From: Methanobacteriota archaeon
Lineage (GTDB): Archaea; Thermoplasmatota; Poseidoniia; Poseidoniales; Thalassarchaeaceae
Direction of reading: 5' to 3'
DNA: 42,950 nt
NCBI GenBank assembly: GCA_002725475.1
Contig: PBPH01000045.1
Location: 1-42,950, forward strand
Position numbers and translations under genes: made by a program. Every line of letters starts with the position of its first letter. The first letter of the stretch is position 1. The notes under the pieces were generated by a model. It had not been told where the DNA came from and made no database searches. It worked only from the letters and a program-made list of their open reading frames with translations. Positions 1 to 8,600 of the stretch are shown here, piece by piece.

Positions 1-2
1 AT

Positions 3-1181
3 CCTTTTACTACAATTGATGCAAATGTTGGAGTCACATATATTGCAACTAATTCTCCATGTGCTTGTAAGGAACTACGAGATAAAATTGAGAGTAGTGG
101 CAGAAAAGTAGATTCATCACGAGATGGCAGCATTTGCGAACCAAGGACAGGAGCTTGTAATGATTTTTCAAGACTGGTGCCAGTTACTCTTGTAGATGTA
201 GCAGGCCTTGTTCCTGGCGCTCATCAAGGGAGGGGTCGAGGAAACCAATTCCTTTCAGATTTAGCAAGTTGTGATGCGTTGATTCAGGTGGTAGATGCTT
301 CAGGTGGGACTGATATTGAGGGTAATCCAATTGGTTCGGGAGGGTCAAGGCCCGAGGATGAATACAAATTCTTGGTAGAAGAGTTGGCTGCCTGGATTGA
401 TGGAATCATTTCCAACGGCTGGGATAAGGCAATACGTAGAATTCAGACTGAAGGCGAATCAGGATTGGTTAATTTCCTTCATGACCAATTGACAGGTATT
501 GGGGCATCTCATAATGATGTACTTTTTTCAATGGATTCTTTCCGGAGAGAAAATACAGAATTGCCTACAATTAATGTATGGGGTTCTGAAGAAAGGCGTT
601 CATTATCAGACACCATTCGTCGCCAGTTATTTCCTTTATATGTGGCTGCAAACAAAGCCGATATTGCCGATGAAGGCACATTTTCTTCATTGAAGAATGA
701 AATTGAATCAACCGGCGGTTTATTTGTTCCTTGTAGCGCAGAATCCGAATTGGCTCTAAGAAGAGCATCAAAATCTGGAGTGATAACATACACTCCAGGA
801 GAAATACAATTCGGAGTCGATCCTAATGCTAATTTGAACGATGCTCAGGAAAAAGGCCTTTCCGAATTGGCAGATAGGCTTCAAAGATTAGGGGGCACGG
901 GTCTTAATGACTTGCTTACACAAGTAGTATATCAGAGACTTGAGCGAATCGTCGCATTTCCTGTTCAAGATGAAACACACTGGGCTGATGGGGATGGAAG
1001 AGTCCTTCCCGATGCACTTCTAGTACCCAGCGGAACTACTGCTAAGGGTCTAGCTTACGCTGTTCATACAGATTTGGGTGATGGATTTATTCGAGCATCA
1101 GATGCAAGAACTGGAAGAATAGTTGGTGCAGATTATGAATTAGAAGATGGAGCAATCATCAAAATTCATGCTAAAGTGTGA
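3..1181 (+). CDS. ychF: YchF/Obg-family translation-associated GTPase/ATPase, archaeal type (5' truncated by window edge)
   Basis: Frame open from position 3 (PFTTIDANVG, G2); DVAGLVPGAHQGRGRGNQFL (G3); ANKAD (G4); C-terminal TGS domain (VHTDLG...GAIIKI). Confidence 0.93.
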   Translation, partial: PFTTIDANVGVTYIATNSPCACKELRDKIESSGRKVDSSRDGSICEPRTGACNDFSRLVPVTLVDVAGLVPGAHQGRGRGNQFLSDLASCDALIQVVDASGGTDIEGNPIGSGGSRPEDEYKFLVEELAAWIDGIISNGWDKAIRRIQTEGESGLVNFLHDQLTGIGASHNDVLFSMDSFRRENTELPTINVWGSEERRSLSDTIRRQLFPLYVAANKADIADEGTFSSLKNEIESTGGLFVPCSAESELALRRASKSGVITYTPGEIQFGVDPNANLNDAQEKGLSELADRLQRLGGTGLNDLLTQVVYQRLERIVAFPVQDETHWADGDGRVLPDALLVPSGTTAKGLAYAVHTDLGDGFIRASDARTGRIVGADYELEDGAIIKIHAKV

Positions 1182-1236
1182 GCTACCCTTGCCTGATTCA
1201 GGGGGATGAGCCTTAAATCGAATCATTTGCAAATAT

Positions 1237-2271
1237 CTATTCCAAATCACCAAAATCAGGTGCCGGAGGCACATCTAACTGTGCAGGCGTTTCAGGCTCT
1301 GGTGGTACTTCAGTAACAGGCTCTTCTTCAACAACATTAGCCTCAACAACTTCAATATCTTGGACCTTAATTGAATCCAAGAATGCAGTATTTTCATCAT
1401 CGCTGTAATCTATAGGGGTGCGTGATTTACCACCACCTAGGTTGCCGTAATCATAAGGAAGAACAAGTGAGATTAGAGTATGTTGTTCCATCCCTAACTC
1501 TCCAACAGTCTGAAGTCTGCGAAGTTCTAGTAATTCTGGATTCTTTGCTAGTGTGTGTGCTGCATGTGCTAGGTTCTTAACAGCCTCAACTTCACCTTCT
1601 GCCCTTCGAATTCTTGCTCTACGCTCTCTTTGTGCCTCTGCTTCTCGAGCCATTGCACGTTGCATGTCGCTGGGAATCACCACATCTGTGATATCGATTC
1701 GAGAGATGTCTATTCCAAGTGGCCGACTGAAGTTATCCAGTACATCTTCCATTCTATGTGCTATGGTTTCTCGCTTAGATAGTAATTCGTCCAAGGTGTA
1801 TTCTCCAATTACAACACGTAGTGCTGACATTGTTGCTTGACGAATAACACTTGCAGGATCACTGACAGCTAATACTACCTTAGCAGGATCAATTACCTTC
1901 CAGTATACAACTCCATCAACTTTGATGCTTACATTGTCACGAGTAATGCAAATTTGACCAGGGATGTTTTCTGGCCGATCTCTAATGTCCACAGCTAGGA
2001 ACGTATCTATAATTGGCCAGCGGAAAGCAACTCCGACGTTATTCACCTTCTTGAATTTTCCAAAACGGAATTTTACTGCCCTTTCGTATTGGTCTAGAAC
2101 AGCAATCCATCCTCTACGTGGCCAAGTACCGCGTGGGGGGTGGGCAGTGGGCTCTCCTCCTGAAGCAGCAAACATGCCACCCGCTGCTTTCAATCCAAGG
2201 ATCATAAGTGCCCCAAAAAATCCAACAGCAACGCCACAACATAACTCAAACATCATGTCTTCTACAGCCAT
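1237..2271 (-). CDS. SPFH/band 7 (stomatin/slipin) protein with acidic Pro-rich C-terminal tail
   Basis: N-terminal TM; QYERAVKFRFG, ITRDNVSIKVDGVVYWKV, MQRAMAREAEAQRERRA; ATG overlaps upstream stop (TGATG), SD GGAGGT. Confidence 0.9.
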   Translation of the reverse strand: MAVEDMMFELCCGVAVGFFGALMILGLKAAGGMFAASGGEPTAHPPRGTWPRRGWIAVLDQYERAVKFRFGKFKKVNNVGVAFRWPIIDTFLAVDIRDRPENIPGQICITRDNVSIKVDGVVYWKVIDPAKVVLAVSDPASVIRQATMSALRVVIGEYTLDELLSKRETIAHRMEDVLDNFSRPLGIDISRIDITDVVIPSDMQRAMAREAEAQRERRARIRRAEGEVEAVKNLAHAAHTLAKNPELLELRRLQTVGELGMEQHTLISLVLPYDYGNLGGGKSRTPIDYSDDENTAFLDSIKVQDIEVVEANVVEEEPVTEVPPEPETPAQLDVPPAPDFGDLE

Positions 2272-3068
2272 CACTTACCACCTCCTTTCAAGAATTCACC
2301 TAAAGGACCGCTAGAAAAATCTAGAATTGTATCAGGTAGCATCATTATTCGAGTGGCATTATTTTCCGCACCAACCTCAGAAAGAACTTGCAAACGTCGT
2401 AGTTCCATTAATGCAGGGAATCGGGCGAATAGTTCCTGCGCTTCTGCTAACTTAGACGCGGCTTCTCTCTCTGCCCCCGCCTTGATGACTCTGGCTCTTG
2501 CCTCTCTATCAGCTTCAGCTTCCTTCGCCATTGCTCTAGTCAAGTCGTGAGGAAGTTGCATATCTGTCAATTCAACGTGTAGTACGTGGATACCCCAAGG
2601 ATCTGTTGCATCATCTAGGTTACTACGAATGCGCTCAGCAACTTCTTCTCTCTCTTGGAGTGCAGTATCGAGTGGCACTGATCCAACAACATCTCTCAGA
2701 GCACCCATTGCTGCCATACCAATTGATGCGCGGGCATTGGTGACCTTGTTGACAGCATCCCCAGGATCTCTTACCCGATAGAATACAACAGCATCAATGC
2801 TTAGAGATATGTTATCCTTGGTAACCACTGATTGTCCAGGGACATCGTTGGTAAGCATTCTAAGATCCCATCTAACCAACCGGTCAAAGACTGGAATTAC
2901 AAATCGAATTCCGGGTTTCAAAACACCTTTATACACACCCAGTCGAAATACAACGGCACCTTCCCATTGCCTGATAATTTTTAGAAAACTACCAATCATC
3001 AAGATTAAAGCAAATGTTAGCACCATCATTGCAAAAAAAGTTGCAGCCATGTCTATCGGACAAGACAT
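2271..3068 (-). CDS. SPFH/band 7 (stomatin/slipin) protein
   Basis: N-terminal TM; QWEGAVVFRLG, VTKDNISLSIDAVVFYRV, TDPWGIHV, RAMAKEAEADREARA. Confidence 0.92.
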   Translation of the reverse strand: MSCPIDMAATFFAMMVLTFALILMIGSFLKIIRQWEGAVVFRLGVYKGVLKPGIRFVIPVFDRLVRWDLRMLTNDVPGQSVVTKDNISLSIDAVVFYRVRDPGDAVNKVTNARASIGMAAMGALRDVVGSVPLDTALQEREEVAERIRSNLDDATDPWGIHVLHVELTDMQLPHDLTRAMAKEAEADREARARVIKAGAEREAASKLAEAQELFARFPALMELRRLQVLSEVGAENNATRIMMLPDTILDFSSGPLGEFLKGGGK

Positions 3069-3115
3069 TACGTTATGATACTTAGTACTCCATTATCATG
3101 AAGAAAATTTTGGAT

Positions 3116-3859
3116 TCAAATTTTGAAAGCCAACCAATCTATTACTTGTTGCATAAATTTCGAATTATCTCCTTGTTCAATATATCCATTGGCAGCGATA
3201 TTACTGTCACCAATTACAAATAATCGGCCGCTCATTTCACTTGCCGCAGCTATTGTAAGCTCACCTTGAATTTCATCATCATCTAATTCTGAATCTAAGT
3301 CTAAGTCCCCAAAGGAAGAAGGAGATGTGGCTGCAACAGAAACTGCAGGTTCGCTAACTTGAAGAGAACACCCAGAGAAATAAATCAATTCGTTAATGTC
3401 TGAAGTAATTGGGTGTGAAGAAAAGTTTGTCACTCTGACATAATGGGGTATTTCTTCCTCTCCAAGAATAATACCTCCTAGTTCAACTTTCTGAGTAACG
3501 TTCTCTTGATGATCAGTGACTCTATCTTTTTGAATTTCAATGCCAAATGGTTTTGTAAATTCGTTTAGATAATCTACGTGTCCAAACAAATCGCCCCATT
3601 CGGCTAAAAGTAGCACAGATTTACCACTCCTTAGATGTGATTGAAGAGACATCATTTCTTCCACAGAGAATCGCTCTTTGGGAAATGGTATCACAACTAC
3701 ATCCCACGGAAGATGTTCACTGGTATCATATTCAGATTTGATAATTTCAAGTTCGTGATTTCCTTTTTCTAAAATAGAAGCAAGTGAAGAGAGGCCGTCA
3801 GCCTCAGGATTTGCCATCGAGGAACCCATGTGATATTCATCGAATCCGATGAGTGCCAC
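3116..3859 (-). CDS. GIFT (GldG/IFT52)/DUF4350-like domain protein without signal peptide
   Basis: IGFDEYH; DVVVIPFPKERFSVEE; GKSVLLLAEWG; LNEFTKPFGI; HPITSDINEL; GRLFVIGDSN; DNSKFMQQVIDWL; SD AGGTGA before GTG. Confidence 0.7.
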   Translation of the reverse strand: MALIGFDEYHMGSSMANPEADGLSSLASILEKGNHELEIIKSEYDTSEHLPWDVVVIPFPKERFSVEEMMSLQSHLRSGKSVLLLAEWGDLFGHVDYLNEFTKPFGIEIQKDRVTDHQENVTQKVELGGIILGEEEIPHYVRVTNFSSHPITSDINELIYFSGCSLQVSEPAVSVAATSPSSFGDLDLDSELDDDEIQGELTIAAASEMSGRLFVIGDSNIAANGYIEQGDNSKFMQQVIDWLAFKI

Positions 3860-3870
3860 TTATTTCACCT

Positions 3871-4545
3871 TCAGAGTTCTTCAGCCACTGCTGTAATATC
3901 AAGGGTGTATAGCACTGCTCTCCAAGATACTGTAACATCTTCATCACTGTCTATTACTCCCCCCACCAATCCAGCTGGACCAATTGTATTTACATCCATT
4001 GTAACTGATGTCAGCCATTCTCCTCTTCCACTGCCATTATCGTTCCATTTTGCTTCTATTTCAGATTTAGTCACGCCATCAGCAATATATCCCTCACCAT
4101 TGAATTCTGGAGTAATTTGTATTGAAAATTCAGCAGCAACCCCATTACAACTTCCAGATGCAGATTCATCATCAGGTGTTCCTGAAACTCCTGAGAAATC
4201 CGTCTCTACATCAACGGCGTCCATACCTGGCCCCGGTCCCGGTTCATCATTATCATTGCAGCTAACAGTAATCTCAACATATCCAATCATCATATCTGAT
4301 TCTAAATCAAAGTAGTAATCTCCTTGTTCCCCATCACCTAAGTTCATGGTTTCTTCTGAAGTCAAATTATCTTGAATGAAATTTACTTGCCATCTGGCTT
4401 TTGCACCACTTGCCCCACCACCAGTAGCATCAGCACTATTAGCCATCACAGAAAAGTAGGCAGGGAATACGATGGCAAAGACTACTGAAACTACCCAGAT
4501 AGTGATTGCTCTTTGCGAGCCGAACAACTTCTCGGACAACGACAA
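3871..4545 (-). CDS. Hypothetical N-terminally membrane-anchored acidic beta-rich protein
   Basis: TM at about aa 14-35, two Cys, acidic; SD GAGGTGA before TTG. Confidence 0.7.
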   Translation of the reverse strand: MSLSEKLFGSQRAITIWVVSVVFAIVFPAYFSVMANSADATGGGASGAKARWQVNFIQDNLTSEETMNLGDGEQGDYYFDLESDMMIGYVEITVSCNDNDEPGPGPGMDAVDVETDFSGVSGTPDDESASGSCNGVAAEFSIQITPEFNGEGYIADGVTKSEIEAKWNDNGSGRGEWLTSVTMDVNTIGPAGLVGGVIDSDEDVTVSWRAVLYTLDITAVAEEL

Positions 4546-4604
4546 ACCCTCACCTCAAATTAGGTGGGCCGCTCCTAAGTTATCAATGTGACACCGAAGG
4601 TGAT

Positions 4605-5123
4605 TCACTCTTCTTCATCCACTACTTCCCAATTTTCAGGTGGCCAATCAGGTAAATCAGAGGCTGGCCAGGCCCCTTTTTTGGTGTTAATTCCTTGTTT
4701 TCTGAACGTTTTCTTTGAGCGCCCCCAAACAGGTAATAGAAATCCAATAGTGGATCGTTGGCCAAACGACCATTTCCATGGACATTTGGGAAGTCTCGCA
4801 GTCCATTGTGCAAACAGAACTCGCCACTCTTCTTCAAGATGGTTTGGTATCAACCATTCAATCACAGTCAATGCTCCTGCGGAGCCTTGAACATGGCTAT
4901 ATGCTTCCATTGCAACATCTTTTAGAGGTCCATTTTCAATTACAAGACCAATAGTTCGAGCTCCCTGAGCTAAAGGAACAATCACGGCCCATCTGTCAAC
5001 TAATCTACTACCTTGTATTCTACGACCTGACCAATTTGCCTCTACCACCAGTTCTCGCAGTGCTCGAACTGCATCAGTTGGTGAGATGCAAGCCTCAACT
5101 TTGAGATGACGGGGTACGCTCAC
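4605..5123 (-). CDS. Hypothetical protein with Trp-rich basic C-terminus
   Basis: 172-aa ORF filling the gap in a minus-strand run; no family recognised. Confidence 0.65.
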   Translation of the reverse strand: MSVPRHLKVEACISPTDAVRALRELVVEANWSGRRIQGSRLVDRWAVIVPLAQGARTIGLVIENGPLKDVAMEAYSHVQGSAGALTVIEWLIPNHLEEEWRVLFAQWTARLPKCPWKWSFGQRSTIGFLLPVWGRSKKTFRKQGINTKKGAWPASDLPDWPPENWEVVDEEE

Positions 5124-5250
5124 ACCCAGCCCTCTAGTGTTTCAGTCATATCGATTTCCAACTTTAGTTCTGAAAACAAGGTATAGTAGCATCTACACTG
5201 CTTAGCATACCGCGAATAGCGGTGGGCGAATTTCATCGATTGTTTGTTAC

Positions 5251-5559
5251 TCAGCCAAACAGAGAGCCAAGACCCTCGAAGCCAGCGCCGTCATCTTCTT
5301 CTTCCTCTTCAGCAGCTGCTTCCTCAGCGGGAGCAGCGTCTGCAGCGGCAGATGCGGCAGCTGGAGCGGCCGCAACAGGTGCTGCTATAGCAGCACTCAT
5401 TGCTTCACCGATGTCAACGTCACTCAGACTGGCGACTAGTGCTTTCACACGTGCGTCGTCAGCAGATACGCCTGCGGCCTTTAGGACCGCACCGACATTC
5501 TTCTCATTGATCTCATTCTCAGCCGAATGCAACAACATTGCAGTATATACATATTCCAT
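5251..5559 (-). CDS. rpl12: 50S ribosomal stalk protein P1/L12
   Basis: [11 protein letters not shown] start, Ala-rich hinge, acidic stretch, GLGSLFG C-terminus. Confidence 0.97.
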   Translation of the reverse strand: MEYVYTAMLLHSAENEINEKNVGAVLKAAGVSADDARVKALVASLSDVDIGEAMSAAIAAPVAAAPAAASAAADAAPAEEAAAEEEEEDDGAGFEGLGSLFG

Positions 5560-5575
5560 TTTTTTTCACTTCCTT

Positions 5576-6586
5576 TTAACCAAATAGGTCTCCAAGTCCG
5601 CCAAAATTGGCATCCTCTTCTTCCTCCTCAGCCTCTTCTTCCACCGCTTCTTCCTCAGGAGCGGCTTCGGTTGGTGCTGAGGCGACAGCTGCTGCTGTAG
5701 CCCCAAGCATACTCGACAATTCTTCGTCGAGTGCTGAGGAATCTAATTGGCCTGCTAGGGCCATTGCCCGCGAGTTAGCGCGGGAGATGAATAGAGGCAT
5801 GGTTTCACTATTTGTAATTCCAGCCTCAACAGCAACAGAGAGTGCCTCACTCTTTGCCTTTGATATGAGTGTGTTCATAGTTTCTGGAGTGAACCAGCGA
5901 ATATTGCAAGCTACGTTGAAGGATGCTGACACTGCCTGGGCAATATTACTACGGAAGCCATCAAGGTCTAGGTCTAGATTTTCAGGTGGCATTAGCACTC
6001 CATCTTGAACAGCACCACAGAGGATAATTCCAATTTCGATAGGCTTGATTCCAAGTTTATCTAACATTAAACCTAATTCAACGGGTATTTCTTCACCTTT
6101 ATTGACTGCAGTAACAGTTTTTTGGATAATGACTTTTCCTTTGTCGATTTTTGCAGGAATTCCTACAGCTGATAATTCACCAACTATAGGGCCTGGTGCG
6201 AAATCAGTTTCTCCCATTTCAACAATGATGTCTTCAGGGGCAATATCTCCAGCCTTGGCTGAACGTCCAGTACGGGTTTTTTCCAATTCATTGAAAAGTT
6301 GGAATGGGCTTAGTACTGAGGTATGTACAATGACTGGTTGTTCAGCCTTGCTCATCATCTCCTCTAACATTGTAAGGTCATATCCTACTTCTTTCCAAGC
6401 TAGACGGAAAAGGCTCTTTTTGGCCATCATCATTGTCATACGATCTCTAAGCTCTCTTCTCATACCAAGCATTGCTGTAGCTGGCACTCCTGTCGTATCT
6501 ACAACCCCAAATACCCCGTCTTGCTGAAGCATTTCCACTAGTGAGGAAACGGTGTCTTTCTTCCAACTGGCTGCCTTAGGAATCAT
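5576..6586 (-). CDS. rpl10: 50S ribosomal protein uL10/P0
   Basis: WKK start, AKAGDIAPEDI, GETDFAPGP, GLGDLFG C-terminus; operon position. Confidence 0.96.
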   Translation of the reverse strand: MIPKAASWKKDTVSSLVEMLQQDGVFGVVDTTGVPATAMLGMRRELRDRMTMMMAKKSLFRLAWKEVGYDLTMLEEMMSKAEQPVIVHTSVLSPFQLFNELEKTRTGRSAKAGDIAPEDIIVEMGETDFAPGPIVGELSAVGIPAKIDKGKVIIQKTVTAVNKGEEIPVELGLMLDKLGIKPIEIGIILCGAVQDGVLMPPENLDLDLDGFRSNIAQAVSASFNVACNIRWFTPETMNTLISKAKSEALSVAVEAGITNSETMPLFISRANSRAMALAGQLDSSALDEELSSMLGATAAAVASAPTEAAPEEEAVEEEAEEEEEDANFGGLGDLFG

Positions 6587-7230
6587 GATGCTTCAACCTC
6601 CACTTTTACAGAAGGGCCCATACTAGTCTTGATGTATAGGGAACGAATGTTACCAGCGCCTCTTTCTAATTTTGAAGTTACACGCTTCCACATTTCCATA
6701 GCATTTGCAGAGATATCTTCTTCAGATTGGGAACGAGAACCAACAATAGTATGGAATGTAACTTTATCACGGCTTCTAATTATGGCTGTGCTTTCCAATC
6801 CTGTTGCTATTGCAGCGGGATCAACGTTGGGGGGTACTGGTCGAGGCATTTTTCCTCTTGGTCCCAGTACAATTCCAAGGAATCGACCAATCGTTGCCAT
6901 GTGAGGTACTTCAGATAAGAAAAAGTCATGTTTGTTAGCCAATTTTCTTGCTTTTTGTCTGTTGCCGCCCAAATCTTCTATTTTAGAGGGGTCAATAATA
7001 ACAAGGCCTGCCTTTTTTGCTTTAGTGGCCATTTCTCCACTAGCGAAAATAGCAATGCTGACATCCTTGCCCCTTCCACGTGGAAGGCGGACATTTTCTT
7101 CAATTCTGTTCGATGGATTTTTTAAATCCACATCTTTGATGGTGAAAGCCATCTCAATACTTTCGACGAATTTACGCTCGGGTGCTGTTTCCAGCGCCTC
7201 TTTGATTGCTGAATTTATTTGTTCTTCCAT
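6583..7230 (-). CDS. rpl1: 50S ribosomal protein uL1 (start re-called at 7230)
   Basis: RKFVESIE, LGPRGKMP, IKTSMGPSV; SD GAGGTGA just before ATG 7230. Confidence 0.96.
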   Translation of the reverse strand: MEEQINSAIKEALETAPERKFVESIEMAFTIKDVDLKNPSNRIEENVRLPRGRGKDVSIAIFASGEMATKAKKAGLVIIDPSKIEDLGGNRQKARKLANKHDFFLSEVPHMATIGRFLGIVLGPRGKMPRPVPPNVDPAAIATGLESTAIIRSRDKVTFHTIVGSRSQSEEDISANAMEMWKRVTSKLERGAGNIRSLYIKTSMGPSVKVEVEAS

Positions 7231-7243
7231 ATTTCTCACCTCT

Positions 7244-7270
7244 GCGGTCTGCGAGGTAACCCTCTCCCGC
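7244..7270 (-). promoter_or_regulatory. Putative uL1-binding autoregulatory RNA site (23S rRNA L1-site mimic)
   Basis: mRNA GCGG-GA-GAGG-GUUA-CCUC-GCAGA-CCGC: two stems around an asymmetric GA/GCAGA loop, 1 nt before the rpl1 SD. Confidence 0.7.
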
Positions 7271-7280
7271 AATTCGTGAA

Positions 7281-7586
7281 TCAACTGAATCTATCGTCAT
7301 ATTCTCCTGTTTTCACCTTCGTAATGAACTCTTTTGGCGTAATACCCTCAATATAGCATCGCATCGAGACACAAGTTCCCATGACTTCTAGCGATCTAGC
7401 TTTGACGTTTTTGCCAGTCAAATCAGCAGCTTTCTCATTTGAGATAGTAATGATTTGATCGAGTGTAATATTATGGACTGCTGGGTCTGAACCAGTATCA
7501 ATTTCGCCTTCCCAAGAACCGTTGAACTTAATGCCCTTTCCAATTACTGCTGTTCGAATTCTTCTAGCAGTCCAGTTGTCTGACAT
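7281..7586 (-). CDS. rpl11: 50S ribosomal protein uL11, C-terminal rRNA-binding domain only
   Basis: ITLDQIITIS, EVMGTCVSMRCYIEG, GEYDD match the uL11 CTD; canonical position between spt5 and rpl1; SD GAGGTGA. Confidence 0.88.
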   Translation of the reverse strand: MSDNWTARRIRTAVIGKGIKFNGSWEGEIDTGSDPAVHNITLDQIITISNEKAADLTGKNVKARSLEVMGTCVSMRCYIEGITPKEFITKVKTGEYDDRFS

Positions 7587-7627
7587 TGATTCACCTCATT
7601 GTTTGGGTTCCGGCCGACCTACTTCCT

Positions 7628-7643
7628 CTATTTAACCGCCGCG
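7628..7643 (-). promoter_or_regulatory. Putative promoter of the rpl11 operon (CGCGGCGGTTAAATAG)
   Basis: TATA-like TTAAATAG about 45 nt upstream of the rpl11 ATG, with a GC-rich upstream element. Confidence 0.5.
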
Positions 7644-7660
7644 AAAAACACAATCTTCGC

Positions 7661-8575
7661 TTAGGCAACACGCTCCGTAACTCGAACATTATCTGCTCGC
7701 ATTGTAATTGGGATGGGGACAGCCGCTTCGAACAGTTCAACTGTAACTTCTTCCTTTCCTTCAGAAACGGCAGTCACACGTGCTCTATTGCCCTTGAAAT
7801 GACCAACTCTAATTTCTACAATACTTCCTACTTCAATTCCTGCTGTAGCAGATTTTGGCTCGAGATAATTCGAGACAACATGAAATGGTGCTTCCCCCGG
7901 TAAAACCTTGGAACAACCTCGCATGGGCGTAGTAACTCCGCCTGCTCTGCCAATTAATTTCTCAACGTAGTGTTTTGCGCTAGCCTCAACAAAAATGTAA
8001 CCTCGCATCATTTGAGGATGAATCACTGAGAAAACCTCGCCTTGAACATCTTGCAAAGATCCAGTCCCAGATAATCTGGCACGAATTTCGTTTGCTATTT
8101 TTTGCTCTTGACCAATAGTGGTCTTGAGCATGAATAGGAATGCAGAAACGTCACCGTACATTTCCCCTAATTGGGGCACTGCCGCTCTCTCTTGCATGAC
8201 ACTTACATCGTCTGCCCCCTCAACTTCATCCGGGCTGAGTACATTGACAAATCCAGGATCTACCCAAACAGTATCATTATACAGTGATCGAGGAATAACC
8301 TCATTTGTTGTAGTAGTAATTAGAATTGGAGTTACATCATTTAATCTATTACCAAATTCGATACCACGTGGCTCACCCATTCTCACAAATGTAAGTGAAT
8401 CAGTGGGTATTGCGGTTGCTTCTTCAACTCTAGTTAGTACATGATCGACATCATTAGCGTCACCTACTCCATAGACTCCATCCCACATTCCATTGAAATC
8501 ACTCACTTCATCAGAGCGTTTCATCAGAAGCACCTTGTCAGCGTGGCGAATGAATACGATAAACCCATCAGACAT
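7661..8575 (-). CDS. spt5: Transcription elongation factor Spt5 (NGN+KOW) with N-terminal Nudix-like domain
   Basis: KTTIGQEQ, MRGYIFVEA, GSIVEIRVGHFKGNRARV, VTVELFEAAVPIPIT; extra ~145 aa N-terminal; SD GGAGGT before ATG 8575. Confidence 0.92.
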   Translation of the reverse strand: MSDGFIVFIRHADKVLLMKRSDEVSDFNGMWDGVYGVGDANDVDHVLTRVEEATAIPTDSLTFVRMGEPRGIEFGNRLNDVTPILITTTTNEVIPRSLYNDTVWVDPGFVNVLSPDEVEGADDVSVMQERAAVPQLGEMYGDVSAFLFMLKTTIGQEQKIANEIRARLSGTGSLQDVQGEVFSVIHPQMMRGYIFVEASAKHYVEKLIGRAGGVTTPMRGCSKVLPGEAPFHVVSNYLEPKSATAGIEVGSIVEIRVGHFKGNRARVTAVSEGKEEVTVELFEAAVPIPITMRADNVRVTERVA

Positions 8576-8600
8576 TTTCAGACCTCCAATAATTAGTATT

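Noticed and set aside
60-175. Cys cluster in YchF
   Set aside because: A CxC...C...C insertion is usual in archaeal YchF/Ygr210 proteins
5190-5242. Fluoride-riboswitch-like string on the minus strand (CGAUG...UUCGCC.ACCGC..GCGGUAUG)
   Set aside because: The 5' GGCGA pseudoknot strand and P1 pairing are missing and no fluoride gene follows; only a 5-bp hairpin after rpl12 is supported
5750-5965. Three repeated helices in uL10
   Set aside because: Standard archaeal P0(P1)6 stalk spine
1553-7279. Many plus-strand ORFs antisense to SPFH and ribosomal protein genes
   Set aside because: Shadow ORFs of well-supported genes with no motifs or SD
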